This document shows, piece by piece, positions 1 through 9,283 of a DNA stretch of 64,000 nucleotides; within the stretch, counting starts at the first letter, position 1, and every line of letters begins with the position of its first letter. The stretch is from positions 5,435 through 69,434 of the forward strand of contig DIXA01000026.1 in the NCBI GenBank assembly GCA_002428565.1, in the 5' to 3' direction. Source of the DNA: Anaerolineales bacterium UBA6092 (GTDB lineage: Bacteria; Chloroflexota; Anaerolineae; Anaerolineales; UBA4823). Position numbers and translations under genes: made by a program. Under the pieces are notes generated by a model, which did not search any database, was not told the origin of the DNA, and saw only the letters and a program-made list of their open reading frames with translations.

Positions 1-106
1 TTCCTCCGGCGTGAAGACGCGCTCCAGCAGGCGCGCCCCATGGCGCTGGATGGCCTGGCGCAGGCGCTCAATCTCTAATAAATCTACCCCAGTAGACAGG
101 TTCATA
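1..106 (-). CDS. acpS: holo-[acyl-carrier-protein] synthase, N-terminal part; the gene runs off the window start
   Basis: Reverse translation from ATG at 104-106 gives MNLSTGVDLLEIERLRQAIQRHGARLLERVFTPEE. This fits the GxDxxEIxRI...RVFTxxE N-terminus typical of AcpS. Too short for the ORF track. Confidence 0.5.
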
Positions 107-121
107 CTGCTATTGTATCCG

Positions 122-164
122 AAATTTGATCTGTGGGCAGCTTCGCTGCCCACAGATCAAATTT
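122..164. terminator. perfect 19-bp stem hairpin downstream of the M16 gene
   Basis: aaatttgatctgtgggcag / cttcg / ctgcccacagatcaaattt, immediately after the stop at 171. A/T runs on both sides. Confidence 0.5.
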
Positions 165-170
165 CGAGAT

Positions 171-1445
171 CTACGGCCCGGCCACGGCCACGGCCAGCCG
201 CTGAGGGTGGAGGAAGCGCCGGGCGGTCTCCAGCACCTGCGCCGGGGTGACGGCCTGCACCAGCGCCGGGTAACGCTGGTAGTAGTCCAGGCCCAGGTCG
301 TAGCGCTCCATGTTCAGCATCGCCCCCACCACGCCCGCATTTGACTCAAGCGAAAGCGGCAGGCGGCCCAGGTAATGCGCCTGGCTGTCGGAAAGCTCCT
401 CGGCAGAGACCGGCCTGGCCACAAAGCGAGCGATCTCCTGCTGCAGCAAGTCCACGGCCTGCTCCACGTTGGCAGGGTCAACCCCCGCAGAAGCATACCA
501 GGCGCCCGGGCCAGGCCCGCCGCTGAGGTTGGAAGAAGCGTAATACGCCAGCCCGGCGCGCTCGCGCAGGCTCTTGCCGATGCGCCCAAACATGCCAAAC
601 TGGCCCAAAACCGAGTTGCCCAGCGAGGCCGCCAGGAAACCTGCATCCCTGCGGGAGGGGCCGGGCGCGCCCAGGATAATATCTGCCTGCGATTTGCCAG
701 CGATCTCCACCTTGCGGCGGAGCATCCCGGCGAGGGGCGGCGCAGGCGGCAGGGACGGCATCCCGGCCTGGGCAGGGTGGATCCAATCGCCCAGGGCCTC
801 GCCCACCAATTCTACGGCGCGGGCAGGCTCCACCGCCCCGGCAATGCCCAGCACCAGGCCGCGCGGCCCGTAATGGGCGGCATGGAAAGCCGCCAGGTCG
901 AGGCGGGTAATGGCCTGCACCGTCTCGGGGTAGCCATCATCGGGGCGGCTGTAGGGATGGCCCGGATAGGCCAACTGATCGAAGGCCAGGGAGGCCATGC
1001 TTTCGGTATCCTGAGCGCGGATCGCCAGCCCGGTGAGCAGTTGGGCGCGCAGCTGCTCCACCGGCGCCTCCGTGAAGACCGGATAGCGCAGGGCCTCTGC
1101 CAGCAGGCCCAGCAGCAGGGGCAGGTCTTCGCTCAATGCCCGCCCGCCGAAGCCGGTGAAGTGCGTGCCGCCGTCGAAGCCCAGGCTGGCCCCAGCCGAT
1201 TCCAGGGTATCGTAGATCTGCTGGAAATCATGCTGGCGGGTGCCGCGCAGCAGCGCCGCAGCAGTGAAATCCGCCAGGCCCAGGCGCTCATCCGGCTCGC
1301 ACAGCGCACCGGCGGGCAGGTAGCCGCTGATAAAGACGGAGGGGCTGTTGAAGTTGGCGCGCGCCAACACCACGATGCCGTTGGGCAGGGTGGTGCGGGT
1401 GATATCCGCGGGGCTGAGCAGCGAGTGGGCAGAGGTCAGGGGCAT
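171..1445 (-). CDS. M16 family peptidase, non-catalytic type subunit (no HxxEH)
   Basis: 424-aa ORF with M16 N- and C-domain-like sequence (LPNGIVVL..., GGTHFTGFGG...). Lies 15 nt downstream of a catalytic M16 paralog. Confidence 0.8.
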   Translation of the reverse strand: MPLTSAHSLLSPADITRTTLPNGIVVLARANFNSPSVFISGYLPAGALCEPDERLGLADFTAAALLRGTRQHDFQQIYDTLESAGASLGFDGGTHFTGFGGRALSEDLPLLLGLLAEALRYPVFTEAPVEQLRAQLLTGLAIRAQDTESMASLAFDQLAYPGHPYSRPDDGYPETVQAITRLDLAAFHAAHYGPRGLVLGIAGAVEPARAVELVGEALGDWIHPAQAGMPSLPPAPPLAGMLRRKVEIAGKSQADIILGAPGPSRRDAGFLAASLGNSVLGQFGMFGRIGKSLRERAGLAYYASSNLSGGPGPGAWYASAGVDPANVEQAVDLLQQEIARFVARPVSAEELSDSQAHYLGRLPLSLESNAGVVGAMLNMERYDLGLDYYQRYPALVQAVTPAQVLETARRFLHPQRLAVAVAGP

Positions 1446-1460
1446 AGGCTAAGGCGGGGG

Positions 1461-2765
1461 TCAGGCGGGCGGCTGCCCGTTGGGTTGGTACACGCCCAGG
1501 GTGCGGTTCTGCGGGCGCAGGTAGGTCTGGGCGGCGCGCTGCACCTCTGCGGGGGTCACCGCGGCCAGCCGCTCCAGGTAGGTGGTGAACCAATCGTAAT
1601 CGGCGAACATTTCGGCAAAGCCCAGCCAGAAGGCCTGGTTGGTAATGCTCTCGCTGCCGTAGGCGAAGAGGGCGCGCGCCTGCTTCACCGCCCGGGCCAC
1701 CTCGGCGGCGGGGGGCGGGGCATCTTGCAGGCGGCGGATCTCGGCTTCCAGCACCGCCAGGCAGGCATCCGCGCTGCTCTGCGGGTGGACGGTGACCAAC
1801 AGGGTGTACAGGTACGGGTCGATGGTAGCGCTGAGGCTGCCCGCCACGCCCACTGCCAGCCCGGCATCCACCAGGGCGCAGTACAGGCGGCAGGTTTTGT
1901 TGGAGAGGCCGCTGCCAAACATGTTCAACCCGCTGGGGCCAGCCAGCAGCGAATCCAGCACCGCCAGGGGCAGGAAATCTGCCTCCACCGCCGCCGGGGC
2001 GTGGTACGAAGCCTGGATGTAGGTGGTATCGCCGGGGCCGTTCACCACCAGGCGGCGCTCGCTGGTCTGAGGCGGCTCGGCAGGGGCAGATTGGCCCGGC
2101 GCCGCCCCCGCGGGGATGGCCTCGTACAGCTCGCGGATGCGCCCCAGCATGGCCTCAGTCTCGAAATCGCCCGCCACCGCCAGCACGGCGTTATTGGGCA
2201 CGTAGTAAGTGCGGTAATGGCGGTAGAGGTGCCGGCGCTGCATGGATTGCAGGTCGGGCAGGTTGCCGATCACCTCATGGCGGTAGGGATGCACTGTAAA
2301 AGCCGCCGCCTGCACCGCCTCGCTCAGCAGGAAGAGCGGCTCGTTCTGGCTGCCCTGGCGCTCGGAGATGATCACCGTGCGCTCAGAGGCCACGCTTTTG
2401 TAGTTGAACAACCCGCTCACCATGCGGTCGGCTTCCAGGCGCAGGGCCAGGTCGATGGTCTCGGCGGGCATGGTCTCGAAATAGGTGGTCCAATCCAGGT
2501 AGGTGGAGGCATTCCACACCCCGCCATGACGCGCCACCAGGCGATCTGGCACCCCGGCGGGGAACTGCGGCGAGCCTTTGAAGAGCATATGCTCCACCCA
2601 ATGTGAAACGCCCGTGATGCCGGGCGTTTCATTGCGGGAACCCACGCGGTACCAAACCCAATGGCTGATCAGAGGCGCAGTATGGATCTCCTTGAGGAAG
2701 ACGCTCAGCCCGTTTGCAAGGGTCAGGCGGGTCAGCAGGCCCTCCATGCGCCTAGTGCGTCCCAA
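1461..2765 (-). CDS. M16 family zinc peptidase (pitrilysin-like), catalytic
   Basis: 434-aa ORF with the inverted zinc motif HWVEH (HxxEH) followed by MLFKGS. Confidence 0.85.
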   Translation of the reverse strand: MGRTRRMEGLLTRLTLANGLSVFLKEIHTAPLISHWVWYRVGSRNETPGITGVSHWVEHMLFKGSPQFPAGVPDRLVARHGGVWNASTYLDWTTYFETMPAETIDLALRLEADRMVSGLFNYKSVASERTVIISERQGSQNEPLFLLSEAVQAAAFTVHPYRHEVIGNLPDLQSMQRRHLYRHYRTYYVPNNAVLAVAGDFETEAMLGRIRELYEAIPAGAAPGQSAPAEPPQTSERRLVVNGPGDTTYIQASYHAPAAVEADFLPLAVLDSLLAGPSGLNMFGSGLSNKTCRLYCALVDAGLAVGVAGSLSATIDPYLYTLLVTVHPQSSADACLAVLEAEIRRLQDAPPPAAEVARAVKQARALFAYGSESITNQAFWLGFAEMFADYDWFTTYLERLAAVTPAEVQRAAQTYLRPQNRTLGVYQPNGQPPA

Positions 2766-3588
2766 AGAGCAGGTCGCACAGCCAGTTGGTCAGCGGGCCG
2801 CACATGGGCGTCTCTTCCCAGGCGTTGGGCAGGGTCGAGAGCATGCTCTGGTACGGAGAGACAACATCCTGCAAGCCGGTGAAGGGGCCGTGCAGCTCGG
2901 TCTCGTTGAGTGGGATATCGATCGGCACCGACAGGTTGACCGGCACATTCAGCACCACCGGCACGGTCTGGCTGACCGGCACCACCAAGTCCAGGCGGAT
3001 ATCCAGTTCCGTGCCCTCCGGCAGGGTGATATCGGCGGGAGAGTCAATATGAAGGTAGATGCCCGTGCCGGTGGCTTCCAGGTCCACCCAGGTGCCGGGC
3101 ATAAACGTATCTTCGGTGAGCACAACGGTGGTGGACTGGGACAGCGGCAGATCGAACACCACAGGGATCGTATCCACCACCTGGATGGTGGTGGCAATGT
3201 CAACAGTGGTGATAATATGCGCCTCGTCCATCAGGGCGAAGTTATCATTCAGGCCGCCGAGCAGATCTTGCTCGACGATGCCTTTGAGGGTGAACAACTG
3301 CCGCCCCACCAGGATCAGCGCCACGATCAGGATCAAGTTGATCACCAGCGAGAGGATGCTGGCAATGGTCCAGAAAGCCGGGGCGACCTTGCGCTGCCAC
3401 ATGAAGCGCTGCAGGCGCGGCGAACGGTCGTAATAGTTGCGGGCGCGGGAATACACACCTTTAACACTTTCTTTAACGCGCCCAAAGCGCCCACCGCTGG
3501 ATCCCTGCCCCTCGGCTTCGGGCTCCAGGTTGGGATCGGGTGTCGGCTCAACGACAGGCGGACGGGGTTGAATGGGTCTGCGCACCAT
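2752..3588 (-). CDS. hypothetical single-pass membrane protein
   Basis: 278-aa ORF. GGAGG lies 7 nt upstream of the ATG. One TM helix (FWTIASILSLVINLILIVALILV). Overlaps the M16 gene by 14 nt. No family recognised. Confidence 0.55.
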   Translation of the reverse strand: MVRRPIQPRPPVVEPTPDPNLEPEAEGQGSSGGRFGRVKESVKGVYSRARNYYDRSPRLQRFMWQRKVAPAFWTIASILSLVINLILIVALILVGRQLFTLKGIVEQDLLGGLNDNFALMDEAHIITTVDIATTIQVVDTIPVVFDLPLSQSTTVVLTEDTFMPGTWVDLEATGTGIYLHIDSPADITLPEGTELDIRLDLVVPVSQTVPVVLNVPVNLSVPIDIPLNETELHGPFTGLQDVVSPYQSMLSTLPNAWEETPMCGPLTNWLCDLLFGTH

Positions 3589-3687
3589 ACAAATACCTCC
3601 TGAACAAATGGTCGGGCAATGTTAAAAATATAGCATAGAGGGCGGTTTTCGGATAGCGATTTTCGATGCTTTTCTTTCGAAACCCCT

Positions 3688-6600
3688 GTGTTACAATTTA
3701 TGCACATGAGCCTCGCCATCCACATCTTCGGCAAGCCCAGCCTGTTGATTGATGCCACCCCGGTGCGCTTTGCCGCCCCTCCAAAAACCTTTCCTTTGCT
3801 GGCTTACTTGCTGCTGCACCGCTCGCAGCCGGTGGATCGACAGCAGATCGCTTTTGCCCTGTGGCCGGATGACCCTGAAGCCAGCGGGCGCTCCAATTTG
3901 CGCCGCCACCTGCACCACCTGCAGCGCGCCTTGCCGCCGCCCGCGCCCGGGCGCCCCTGGCTGCTGCTGGAGGGGGCAACCGTACAGTGGAATCCGCAGG
4001 CAGATTACTGGCTGGATGTAGCCGAGTTCGAGCAGGGCATTGCCCAGCCCGAAACCCTGGCCCAGGCCGTTCCGCTCTACCGCGGCGACCTGCTCGAAAC
4101 CGTGTATGATGACTGGGTTTTCTTTGAGCGCGAGCGCCTGCGCGAAGCCTGCTTGAATGCGCTTTACCAGTTGGCGGTGCAGTGCCGCGCCCGCTGCCAG
4201 TACAGCGAGGCCGCCGCCTACGCACAGCAGATCCTGAACCACGAGCCGTTCCGCGAGGATGCCCTGCGCCAGCTGATGGCGGCGCGCTACCAGGCAGGCG
4301 ATCGCGCCGGGGCGATGGCCGAATACGAGCGTTTTACCCGCCAACTGAGCGATGAGATGGATGCCGAACCCATGCCGGAAACACGCTCGCTGCATGAGAT
4401 CGTGCTCCACAACGGCCGCCTGATGGGAGAGACCACCCCGCCGCCGGTTGAAAACGCACCTGCCCAAACCCAGCCCGCGCCACCCGCTTTCGTGGGGCGG
4501 CAACCCGAGATGGCCCGGCTGGCCACATTGTGGAACCGGGCCGCCCGCGGGCGCGGCGGGCTGGTATTGTTGAGCGGAGAAGCCGGGGTAGGGAAATCGC
4601 GCCTGGTGAGCGAGATGGCCTTGTCGGTTGAAAGCCAGGGGGCGCGCCTGCTTTACGGGGCTACCCCCCCGGATGGCGAGCATCCTTACCAGGCGGTGAG
4701 CGAAGCGCTGCAGACGGTTCTGCCTATGCTGGCAGACCCCGGCGAAGACATGCAGCAATTGGCCGCCCTGGCCGCGCTGCTGCCCGAGCTGCGCCAACGC
4801 CTGCGCCTGCCCACGCTGCCCGATCTGGAGCCAGACCGGGAGAAGCTGCGCCTCTTCGACGCCATTGCCACCAGCCTGGAGAGTTTGGCCGCGCCCCGCC
4901 CACTGCTCATCGTCCTGGAAGACTTGCACTGGGCCGGGGCCTCTACCCTGGAGCTGGTGGAATTCCTGGCCCGCCGCGCCGCCAACGGCCCCCTGCTGCT
5001 GATCGCCACTTACCGCGAGGAGGAAATCCCGCGCAGCCACCCCTTGCGCGGCCTGCGCCAACGGCTGCGGGCCGAAAAGATTGCCGAACACATCGCTTTA
5101 CACTGCCTGGATGTGGCTGCCGTGAGAGCGCTGGCAGAAGATACCCACCTGCCGGGCGCTGCCGAGATGGCCCAACGCCTGCACACCGCCAGCGAGGGCA
5201 ATCCCTTATTCTTGAGCCTGCTCTTGCGGCACTGGCAAGAAACCGGCTCGTTGGCAGAGGCGCACCTGCCCCAGGATATCCGGGCAGCCATCTCGCAGCG
5301 CCTGACGCACCTCAGCCCGCTGGGACGCGCCTATGCCGAGGTGGCGGCCATCCTGGGCCTGACCTATGACGCCGAGGCCGTGCGCGAAATCGGCGGCTGG
5401 GAAGAATGCCAGGCCCTGGATGCCCTGGGCGAACTGCTGGACCGGCGCGTCTCACGCGATGTGGGGCGGCAGGATGAATATATCTTTGCCCATCACCTGG
5501 TGCAGGCCACCCTGTACCATGAGATCCCTGCCAAGAAGCGCCGCCAGCGCCACCGTCGCGCCGCCGAGGTATTGGAAGAACTGTATCCCGAGCGAGGCGA
5601 CGAGCTGGCTGGGGCTTTGGCAAAACACTACGACCTGGGCGGCGCGGCGCAGCGCGCCATCCCCTATTATCGGCGCGAGGCCCAAGGGCGCCTGGCGCTC
5701 TTTGCCGACCCCGAAGCGCTGGCCGCGCTGGACCGCGCCCTGGCATTGGCCAGCCAGGGGGCCTTCACATCGCCGCGTGACACCCTGGAGCTGCTCTTGC
5801 TGCGCGAGAGCATTTACCGCCGCCACGGCGAGCGGCCGCAGCAGAAGGCCGATCTTGAGCAGATGGAAGGGTTGGCAGCCACCCTGCAAGATCCTGCGCT
5901 TACCTGCGAGATCTTAAAGCGCCGCATCCTCTACTATCGAGGCATCGATGATTACCTCGCCGTGAAGCAGGCGGTGGATGAACTAAAGCACCAGGCGCAG
6001 GCCCTGGGCAGCCCGCTCTGGCAGACCGAAGCAGCTCTGGCAGAAGGCAATTATTACAAGCTGATCCACGATATGCCTCAAGCAATTGCCCGGCTGCAAG
6101 ATGTCTTGGCAAGCTACCAGGCGCTGCACAATTCCCCACAGCAGGTGCTATGCTGCTGCCAGCTGAGCGAGATTTATATCAACCAACGCCAGGTCGACGA
6201 AGCCGAACGCTGGGCGCAAAAAGCGCTGGCGCTTTGCAGCGGCGAAGCGCCAATCTATCACCTGCTGAATACGTTGTGGAACCTAAGCGCCAACGGGTTG
6301 ATCGCGAATGACCTGGAACGCTGCCTGGAATATGCCGGGCAACTGCTCAGCGCCGCAGAAAGGGCCAGCGACCGCACCTGGCAAGCCGCTGCCCACCGCC
6401 TGATGGGCATGGCTTACCAGCGCCAGTTCCGCATTGCCCAAGCGCGCCAGCACCTGGAAGAAGCCCTGCGCCTGTACAGCTTGATCCAAAAAACCAAGGG
6501 CCGCAGCCTGACCCTGCAAAGCCTGGGACACCTGGCCTTATCGCTGGGGCACTACCCTGCGGCAAACAGCCTTTACCAGCAGGCCCTGGAGATCGAGGAA

Positions 6601-7188
6601 CGGATGGGCTATGTGGAAAACATGGCCAACGAATGCATCAACCTGAGCTACGCGGCTTCTTTCCAGGCAGATTATGCCGCCGAGCAGAAATATGCCCAGC
6701 GGGGGGTCACGCTGGCACGGCAGGTTTCAAACCGCTACCTGGAGGCCATGGCCCTGCAAAACCTGGGGGAAGCCGAGCGCGAGCTGGGTGACCTGGCGGC
6801 AGCCCGCCGGGATTTGCACGCCGCGCTGAGCATCCTGGAAGAGCTTGCCCTTACCAAGGATCGCATCAGCGTGCTCAGCGACCTGGCGCTGGCTCACTGG
6901 CAAGCCGGCGACCTGCCCCAGGCCCTGCAATGCGCCGCAGAGATCCTCGCCTGCTATCCTGAGGTGGAGGGCCGCGATGACAACACCCAGCGCTATTTGT
7001 GGTCCGCGGCGCGCATCTGGCATGCCGCCGGGCAGGCAGAGCAGGCCGGGCAAGCCCTGGCCCAGGCCTATCACACTTACCAGCAGGCCCTGGCTGCCAT
7101 CCCCGATCCCGAATCGCGCCAGGCGTTTGCCCAAATGCTGCACAACTGCCAGATCGTCGCCGCCCAAGAACGCGGCGTGTGGGCCTAA
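3688..7188 (+). CDS. SARP/BTAD - AAA(NB-ARC-like) ATPase - TPR transcriptional regulator (AfsR-like architecture), reg1
   Basis: N-terminal winged-helix plus BTAD (FPLLAYLLLHRSQPVDRQQIAFALWPD...YRGDLL...DWVFFERERL). Walker A is LLSGEAGVGKSRL. Long TPR-like C-terminus. The real start may be ATG 3700 or 3706, because a TACAAT hexamer sits at 3692-3697. Confidence 0.85.
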   Translation: MLQFMHMSLAIHIFGKPSLLIDATPVRFAAPPKTFPLLAYLLLHRSQPVDRQQIAFALWPDDPEASGRSNLRRHLHHLQRALPPPAPGRPWLLLEGATVQWNPQADYWLDVAEFEQGIAQPETLAQAVPLYRGDLLETVYDDWVFFERERLREACLNALYQLAVQCRARCQYSEAAAYAQQILNHEPFREDALRQLMAARYQAGDRAGAMAEYERFTRQLSDEMDAEPMPETRSLHEIVLHNGRLMGETTPPPVENAPAQTQPAPPAFVGRQPEMARLATLWNRAARGRGGLVLLSGEAGVGKSRLVSEMALSVESQGARLLYGATPPDGEHPYQAVSEALQTVLPMLADPGEDMQQLAALAALLPELRQRLRLPTLPDLEPDREKLRLFDAIATSLESLAAPRPLLIVLEDLHWAGASTLELVEFLARRAANGPLLLIATYREEEIPRSHPLRGLRQRLRAEKIAEHIALHCLDVAAVRALAEDTHLPGAAEMAQRLHTASEGNPLFLSLLLRHWQETGSLAEAHLPQDIRAAISQRLTHLSPLGRAYAEVAAILGLTYDAEAVREIGGWEECQALDALGELLDRRVSRDVGRQDEYIFAHHLVQATLYHEIPAKKRRQRHRRAAEVLEELYPERGDELAGALAKHYDLGGAAQRAIPYYRREAQGRLALFADPEALAALDRALALASQGAFTSPRDTLELLLLRESIYRRHGERPQQKADLEQMEGLAATLQDPALTCEILKRRILYYRGIDDYLAVKQAVDELKHQAQALGSPLWQTEAALAEGNYYKLIHDMPQAIARLQDVLASYQALHNSPQQVLCCCQLSEIYINQRQVDEAERWAQKALALCSGEAPIYHLLNTLWNLSANGLIANDLERCLEYAGQLLSAAERASDRTWQAAAHRLMGMAYQRQFRIAQARQHLEEALRLYSLIQKTKGRSLTLQSLGHLALSLGHYPAANSLYQQALEIEERMGYVENMANECINLSYAASFQADYAAEQKYAQRGVTLARQVSNRYLEAMALQNLGEAERELGDLAAARRDLHAALSILEELALTKDRISVLSDLALAHWQAGDLPQALQCAAEILACYPEVEGRDDNTQRYLWSAARIWHAAGQAEQAGQALAQAYHTYQQALAAIPDPESRQAFAQMLHNCQIVAAQERGVWA

Positions 7189-7211
7189 GGTAGCCCCACA
7201 GTAAAAATTGT

Positions 7212-7269
7212 CGCCAAAAATGGGTTATGTGGGGGTTGCTTTGCACCCCCACATAACCCATTTTTGGCG
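7212..7269 (+). terminator. 24-bp perfect-stem hairpin after reg1
   Basis: cgccaaaaatgggttatgtggggg ... cccccacataacccatttttggcg followed by tttt. Lies 24 nt after the reg1 stop. Confidence 0.45.
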
Positions 7270-7340
7270 TTTTCTAAACAGGCTTTTTTGCGGCTTTCGC
7301 GAAAAAAGGCCAAACTTGAGGGGAAATCAATCCAAAATTG

Positions 7341-7370
7341 GACGCTTTCTGGACGCGCCATCCGTACAAT
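7341..7370 (+). promoter_or_regulatory. SARP-box-like promoter of small ORF sp1
   Basis: tGGACGC-tttc-tGGACGC-gccatccg-TACAAT. Two heptamer direct repeats at 11-bp periodicity, with the proximal repeat 8 bp from a -10 hexamer. The ATG at 7382 is only 11 nt after the -10, so the mRNA would be nearly leaderless. Confidence 0.5.
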
Positions 7371-7381
7371 AGGGGCAACGT

Positions 7382-7612
7382 ATGGATGGCGCAAACATTA
7401 CCTCCCCGCAACACACTTTCATCGTCCGCCTGTGGGCCAACGCCCCAGCGGCCAACGCGCGGCAGTGGCGCGGTTCGGTAGAGCACGTCGCTTCGGGGCA
7501 GCGGTTCTACTTTACCTCGCTAGGAGACCTGGAGGGTTTCATTGCGCGGCAGTTGAAGTCTTCATCCGCTCATGCCAAAGATCCATTCCCCGTCCAAGGA
7601 GGCAGCCCCTAA
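7382..7612 (+). CDS. small conserved hypothetical protein sp1 (FIVRLW...WRG...SGQ...L..FI motif)
   Basis: 76-aa ORF. Aligns by eye with the ORFs at 58623-58841 and 50570-50680, which occupy the same position after a regulator. Its own SARP-box promoter lies upstream. Confidence 0.6.
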   Translation: MDGANITSPQHTFIVRLWANAPAANARQWRGSVEHVASGQRFYFTSLGDLEGFIARQLKSSSAHAKDPFPVQGGSP

Positions 7613-7706
7613 ACAACACATCCCAGACCTGACCCATGCCGGCCTCACCCCCGGCGCCCCACCCACCAACCCATTCATTATTCAAAGAAAGAAAGGATCA
7701 AAAACC

Positions 7707-8777
7707 ATGCAGCATAAAAAAATCACCCTCATCAGCACCCTGATCATCATCCTCTTCCTGGGCGTCACCGCAGCCGCCGCCCAAACCGGCAGCCAGCCCA
7801 ACAACCCGCAGGGCGCCTTGCACACCAACTTCACCTACCAGGGCTATGTGACCGACCAGGCCGGCGCACCGCTCCACGACGAATGCGACATCCGATTTGG
7901 CCTGTGGGATGCCATCTCGGACGGCACCCAGATTGGCGCGTACGATGATAACAACAATGGCGTTCAAATCAGCGACGGCTACTTCACCGTCTCGGTCAAC
8001 GATGGCAACGAGTTCGGCAGCACAGCCTTCAATGGCGATGCGCGCTACTTGAGCGTTAGCTTTTCTTGCACCGATTTCCAAGAGACGCTTTCGCCGCGCC
8101 AGGCGCTCACCGCGGTGCCGTATGCGGTATATGCCCTGAACATCCCCGAGCACAACCACCTGGGCGAGGTGTGGCAGGGTGCCGCCCCCGGCCTCACCGG
8201 GCTGTCCATCATCAACGAGAGCATTGCCGGAGTGGGTCTGTTTGTAGCCGGCCCCGGCGGTGAAACCGGCCGCGCCATCGCCGCTTCGGGCGGCATCTAC
8301 AGCAACGCGGACTCTGAGCTGTATCTCAGCCCGCACACAGCCGTGCAAATGATGAACAATGATCTGACCTTTACATTCACTTCTTATGGCAGAGTCAAGG
8401 CTGTGCCCCCCAGCTCGGATGGAGCCTCCCGGTACATTTCCATCCCAGTGTCTACCTTTGGCACGCTATATGGGACGGACGTGTACGTCAAATCCATGGA
8501 GATCTGCTACCAGATCACCAATACAGGCCCGGCTTTCATCACCAGCGTGGGCATGTACCAGAACAACAATACAAACGCGATTACTCTCCTGGAAGACAAC
8601 ACCGACCGCAGCAGCACCACGCTGGAATGCTTCACCGTCACCGCGGCTGACCGCCTGCCAATCGAGAACTCGAGCTTTGTGCAGATCGTGCTCGACTCGG
8701 ACGGGGCCGATGCCGGCGAAGACGGCGTGGTCATCGCCACCGTCAAGCTGACCCTGACCAATGCTTCGGGCCATTAA
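7707..8777 (+). CDS. secreted tail-fibre-like or adhesin-like protein
   Basis: ATG at 7707 follows gaaagga. Signal peptide MQHKKITLISTLIIILFLGVTAAAAQ. Motifs FTYQGYVTD...FGLWDA...LSPRQALTAVPYAVYA and EHNHLGEVWQG, as seen in fibre-like surface proteins (from memory). Confidence 0.7.
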   Translation: MQHKKITLISTLIIILFLGVTAAAAQTGSQPNNPQGALHTNFTYQGYVTDQAGAPLHDECDIRFGLWDAISDGTQIGAYDDNNNGVQISDGYFTVSVNDGNEFGSTAFNGDARYLSVSFSCTDFQETLSPRQALTAVPYAVYALNIPEHNHLGEVWQGAAPGLTGLSIINESIAGVGLFVAGPGGETGRAIAASGGIYSNADSELYLSPHTAVQMMNNDLTFTFTSYGRVKAVPPSSDGASRYISIPVSTFGTLYGTDVYVKSMEICYQITNTGPAFITSVGMYQNNNTNAITLLEDNTDRSSTTLECFTVTAADRLPIENSSFVQIVLDSDGADAGEDGVVIATVKLTLTNASGH

Positions 8778-8793
8778 CCCAAAGGAGCCCACC

Positions 8794-9093
8794 ATGAAAC
8801 AATTTCCCAGGCGAACGCTCTTGCTCCTCCTGCTGTGCATCTTCTTGCTGCTGCTGGGAACCGGTGCAGCCTATGCCGGAGTGACCGCAGCCGAGATCCC
8901 CTGGTGGACGGTTGACGGCGGCGGCGGGCGCAGCACTTCCACCCACCTTGTGCTGAACGGCAGCATCGGCCAGTTTGATGCCGGAAGCATGTCCAGCAGC
9001 CACACCTATCTCTATGGCGGCTACTGGGTGCCGGGCGGCGAGCCAGGCGAAACAATCTACCGGGTGTTCCTGCCGCTGACCACCAAGCAGTAG
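8794..9093 (+). CDS. small secreted protein with duplicated Gly/Ser motif and C-terminal FLPLTTKQ tail
   Basis: Signal peptide MKQFPRRTLLLLLLCIFLLLLGTGAAYA. Half-repeats are GGGGRSTSTHLVLNGSIGQFDAG and SMSSSHTYLYGGYW. Ends in VFLPLTTKQ. Confidence 0.7.
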   Translation: MKQFPRRTLLLLLLCIFLLLLGTGAAYAGVTAAEIPWWTVDGGGGRSTSTHLVLNGSIGQFDAGSMSSSHTYLYGGYWVPGGEPGETIYRVFLPLTTKQ

Positions 9094-9113
9094 AAAGCCC
9101 TACCCCCCAACCC

Positions 9114-9156
9114 AGGAGTTTTGGGTGCACAAAGCGCACCCAAAACTCCTGTTTTT
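9114..9156 (+). terminator. Rho-independent terminator
   Basis: aggagttttgggtgc / acaaagc / gcacccaaaactcct followed by gttttt. Confidence 0.6.
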
Positions 9157-9283
9157 GACGTTAAAGGTGCGCCACATCGTCCAGGGGGACGATTTCATCT
9201 CGAAAATCCCCAAGACACGTCAATGATCTGGCTAAGATAGTGTGGTATATTAAGCGGAACTAGATTCTCGAGAAGTCTTTTTC

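Noticed and set aside
375-2606. 743-aa ORF on the plus strand, with similar long ORFs at 3691-5091 (-), 25603-26280 (+), 33823-35028 (-), 38965-40140 (-), 41720-42904 (+) and 51171-51896 (+)
   Set aside because: All lie antisense to ORFs with clear family motifs. Their translations are Arg/Gly/Ala/Gln-rich and low in complexity, as expected for shadow ORFs in high-GC DNA. No motifs were recognised.
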